From Candidatus Saccharimonadota bacterium (GTDB taxonomy: Bacteria > Bacteroidota > Bacteroidia > Flavobacteriales > Blattabacteriaceae), in assembly GCF_014252315.1 (NCBI RefSeq), contig NZ_CP059216.1, positions 358,038-390,037 on the forward strand: 32,000 nt of DNA, read 5' to 3'. The translations under genes were made by a program, and so were the position numbers. Positions 29,997 through 32,000 of this stretch are shown here, in pieces. How positions within the stretch are numbered: position 1 is the stretch's first letter; each line of letters opens with the position of its first letter. The notes beneath the pieces were generated by a model that was given only the letters and a program-made list of their open reading frames with translations, had not been told where the DNA came from and made no database searches.

Positions 29997-30814
29997 AAAA
30001 TATATCTAATTATCATTAATATTGTATAAATAATTGGAATAACAAAAATAAAACTATCCAATCTATCTAAAAAACCCCCATGTCCTGGAAATATAATACT
30101 AGAATTTTTTACATTACAATGTCTTTTTATAATTGATTCTATAAGATCTCCAATAGAACTAAATACTGATATTATAAATGAGAAAAATAACCAATAGTTA
30201 TTTTTATATATCATACAAAATAAATATCCTGTTAAAATACAAAAAAATAAACCTCCAAAATATCCTTCTACAGATTTTTTAGGTGATATAGATATAAAAA
30301 TTTTATTTTTTCCCCATTTATTTCCAATTATATAAGATAAAGAATCGTTAATCCAAACAAGAATAAATATTCCTAATATTATTTTTTTTCCATATAACAT
30401 ATATATATAACATGTTAATAAAAATGGAATTACAATATAAATTAATCCAAATGATAATATACTAATTTTTAATATTTTATCATTTTTAGTATAATATAAA
30501 AATAATTGAATTATAGAAAATGTTATAAAATATGAAACAAAAAATACTAAATATAAAGTAAATCCAATTTTTGATAAAAAATCAAAAAAAATAATAGAAA
30601 AAAAAAATAAAAAAGTTATTTTTATTAATTCTATTTTTATTTTAAACATAATTAAAAATTCAATAAAACAAATAGAAGAAATTGACATCATTACTATTCT
30701 AAATATTTTATCTCCATTTTGTATGGATAAAATAACTGATATGATATAAATAATTCCAGTAAATATTCTTGTTATAAGATTTTTATTATTTATATTTTTA
30801 TACATAATATGCAT
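29993..30814 (-). CDS. cdsA: phosphatidate cytidylyltransferase (CDP-diglyceride synthase)
   Basis: C-terminal signature SIIKRHCNVKNSSIIFPGHGGFLDRLDS in a polytopic membrane protein. Confidence 0.9.
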   Translation of the reverse strand: MHIMYKNINNKNLITRIFTGIIYIISVILSIQNGDKIFRIVMMSISSICFIEFLIMFKIKIELIKITFLFFFSIIFFDFLSKIGFTLYLVFFVSYFITFSIIQLFLYYTKNDKILKISILSFGLIYIVIPFLLTCYIYMLYGKKIILGIFILVWINDSLSYIIGNKWGKNKIFISISPKKSVEGYFGGLFFCILTGYLFCMIYKNNYWLFFSFIISVFSSIGDLIESIIKRHCNVKNSSIIFPGHGGFLDRLDSFIFVIPIIYTILMIIRYIL

Positions 30815-32000
30815 TATGTAATATTATCAGCAGTTTTTTTTAACATATCATCAATCTCATCAGAAAAAGGTCTTTCTCCAAATATTTTTTTTAAATCTTC
30901 TCTAAACAAAACTTCTTTTTCCAATAATCTATTAGCTAATAAAACTAATTTTTCTTCATTATTTTTTAGAATTTTTTTAGATCTATTATATTGTTCTGAA
31001 ATAATTTTTGATATTTCTTCATCTATAATTTGAGCAGTTTTTTCACTATATGGTTTAGAAAAATTAAAATCATCTTGACCAGTAGAATCGTAATAAGAAA
31101 TGTTACCAATTCTATCGTTTAATCCAAAAATTACAACCATAGATTGAGCTTGTTTTGTTACTCTCTCTAAATCATTTAATGCTCCTGTAGAAACTGATTT
31201 AAAAATAATTTCTTCAGCTGATCTTCCAGCTAATAGAGCACATATTTCGTCTTTCATCTGTTCTGGAGTTGTTATTTGTCTTTCTTCTGGTAAATACCAT
31301 GCAGAACCTAAAGATCTTCCTCTAGGTATTATAGTAACTTTAACCAAAGGAGAAGCGTGCTCTAATAACCAACTTATAACAGCATGTCCAGCTTCATGAT
31401 ATGCAATTCTTTTTTTTTCGTTTGGTTTAATTATTTTATTTTTTTTTTCCAATCCACCAATTATACGATCTATTGCGTCTAAAAAATCTTGATTTTTTAT
31501 TTTTTTTCTACTTTTTCTTGCTGCAATAAGAGCAGATTCGTTGCAAACATTTGCAATATCAGCTCCACTAAATCCTGGAGTTTGTCTTGCTAAAAAACCT
31601 ATATTAACATTTTTAGATAAAACTAATTTTTTTAAATGAACTTTAAATATTTCTATTCTTTCATTTAATTCTGGAGGATCAACTAAAATAGTTCTATCAA
31701 AACGTCCAGGACGTAATAATGCTTTATCCAATATATCAGAACGGTTAGTTGCTGCTAAAACAATAACATTAATATTAGTTCCAAATCCATCCATTTCTGT
31801 TAATAATTGATTTAATGTATTTTCTCTTTCGTCATTTGATCCTGCTATACTACTTTTTCCTCTTGCTCTTCCTATTGCATCTATCTCATCAATAAATATT
31901 ATACATGGAGATTTTTCTTTAGCTTTTTCAAACAAATCTCTAACTCTAGAAGCTCCTACTCCTACAAACATTTCTACAAAATCTGATCCTGATAAAGAAA
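30814..32000 (-). CDS. ftsH: ATP-dependent zinc metalloprotease FtsH (partial; N-terminus lies beyond the window end)
   Basis: Walker [10 protein letters not shown], second region of homology [12 protein letters not shown] and zinc site HEAGHAV. The frame stays open to base 32000 (…[16 protein letters not shown]). Confidence 0.95.
   Translation of the reverse strand, partial: SLSGSDFVEMFVGVGASRVRDLFEKAKEKSPCIIFIDEIDAIGRARGKSSIAGSNDERENTLNQLLTEMDGFGTNINVIVLAATNRSDILDKALLRPGRFDRTILVDPPELNERIEIFKVHLKKLVLSKNVNIGFLARQTPGFSGADIANVCNESALIAARKSRKKIKNQDFLDAIDRIIGGLEKKNKIIKPNEKKRIAYHEAGHAVISWLLEHASPLVKVTIIPRGRSLGSAWYLPEERQITTPEQMKDEICALLAGRSAEEIIFKSVSTGALNDLERVTKQAQSMVVIFGLNDRIGNISYYDSTGQDDFNFSKPYSEKTAQIIDEEISKIISEQYNRSKKILKNNEEKLVLLANRLLEKEVLFREDLKKIFGERPFSDEIDDMLKKTADNIT

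Noticed and set aside
30809-31033. 74-aa plus-strand ORF over the ftsH 3' end
   Set aside because: Antisense shadow of ftsH with Ser/Phe-rich low complexity.
1-32000. Possible alternative genetic code (UGA as Trp), as in some tiny symbiont genomes
   Set aside because: All conserved proteins translate at full length with the standard code. TGA also ends menB (1633-1635) and rplN (13852-13854) at the positions expected from protein length and ATGA start overlaps.
1-32000. tRNA, rRNA, CRISPR, transposase, integrase or defence-system genes
   Set aside because: No spacer except 27240-27420 is long enough for a tRNA, and that spacer shows no cloverleaf-like G/C-containing stems. No ORF has nuclease, transposase or defence motifs. 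The window is core housekeeping DNA.

Overview
The window is a gene-dense, extremely A+T-rich stretch (by eye; G+C not computed). It looks like the core of a strongly reduced bacterial genome, most likely a Bacteroidota/Flavobacteriales-type insect endosymbiont. That placement rests on gene order (rplM-rpsI-rpsB-tsf, rpsL-rpsG-fusA-rpsJ with no tuf after fusA, ftsH-cdsA-psd) and on remembered protein similarity, not on a search. About 45 of 47 genes lie on the minus strand. They include the near-complete str/S10/spc/alpha ribosomal-protein superoperon (rpsL to rplQ), followed by eno, an NhaD-like transporter, menB-menA and an MBL-fold hydrolase. Upstream of the superoperon are ftsH (partial), cdsA, psd, rplM-rpsI-rpsB-tsf, gpmI and map. 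dnaK and one small orphan membrane ORF are on the plus strand. Spacers are mostly under 30 bp and many stop and start codons overlap. I see no rRNA, tRNA, CRISPR array, transposon, phage or defence-like genes, and I do not think this window holds a novel multi-gene system. Points worth a second look: (1) near-perfect in-frame tandem DNA repeats add Lys/Glu-rich C-terminal tails to uL23 and uL24, two neighbours at the ribosomal exit tunnel; (2) rpmJ (L36) is one nucleotide short beside an A8 tract, which creates an in-frame TAA; (3) a perfect 17-bp stem-loop sits in the rplO-secY spacer; (4) an orphan 4-TM ORF is the only unassigned coding space; (5) rpmD has been cleanly lost; (6) essential genes carry 11-12 nt poly(A) tracts. 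UGA is used as a stop codon (menB, rplN), so the standard bacterial code applies.
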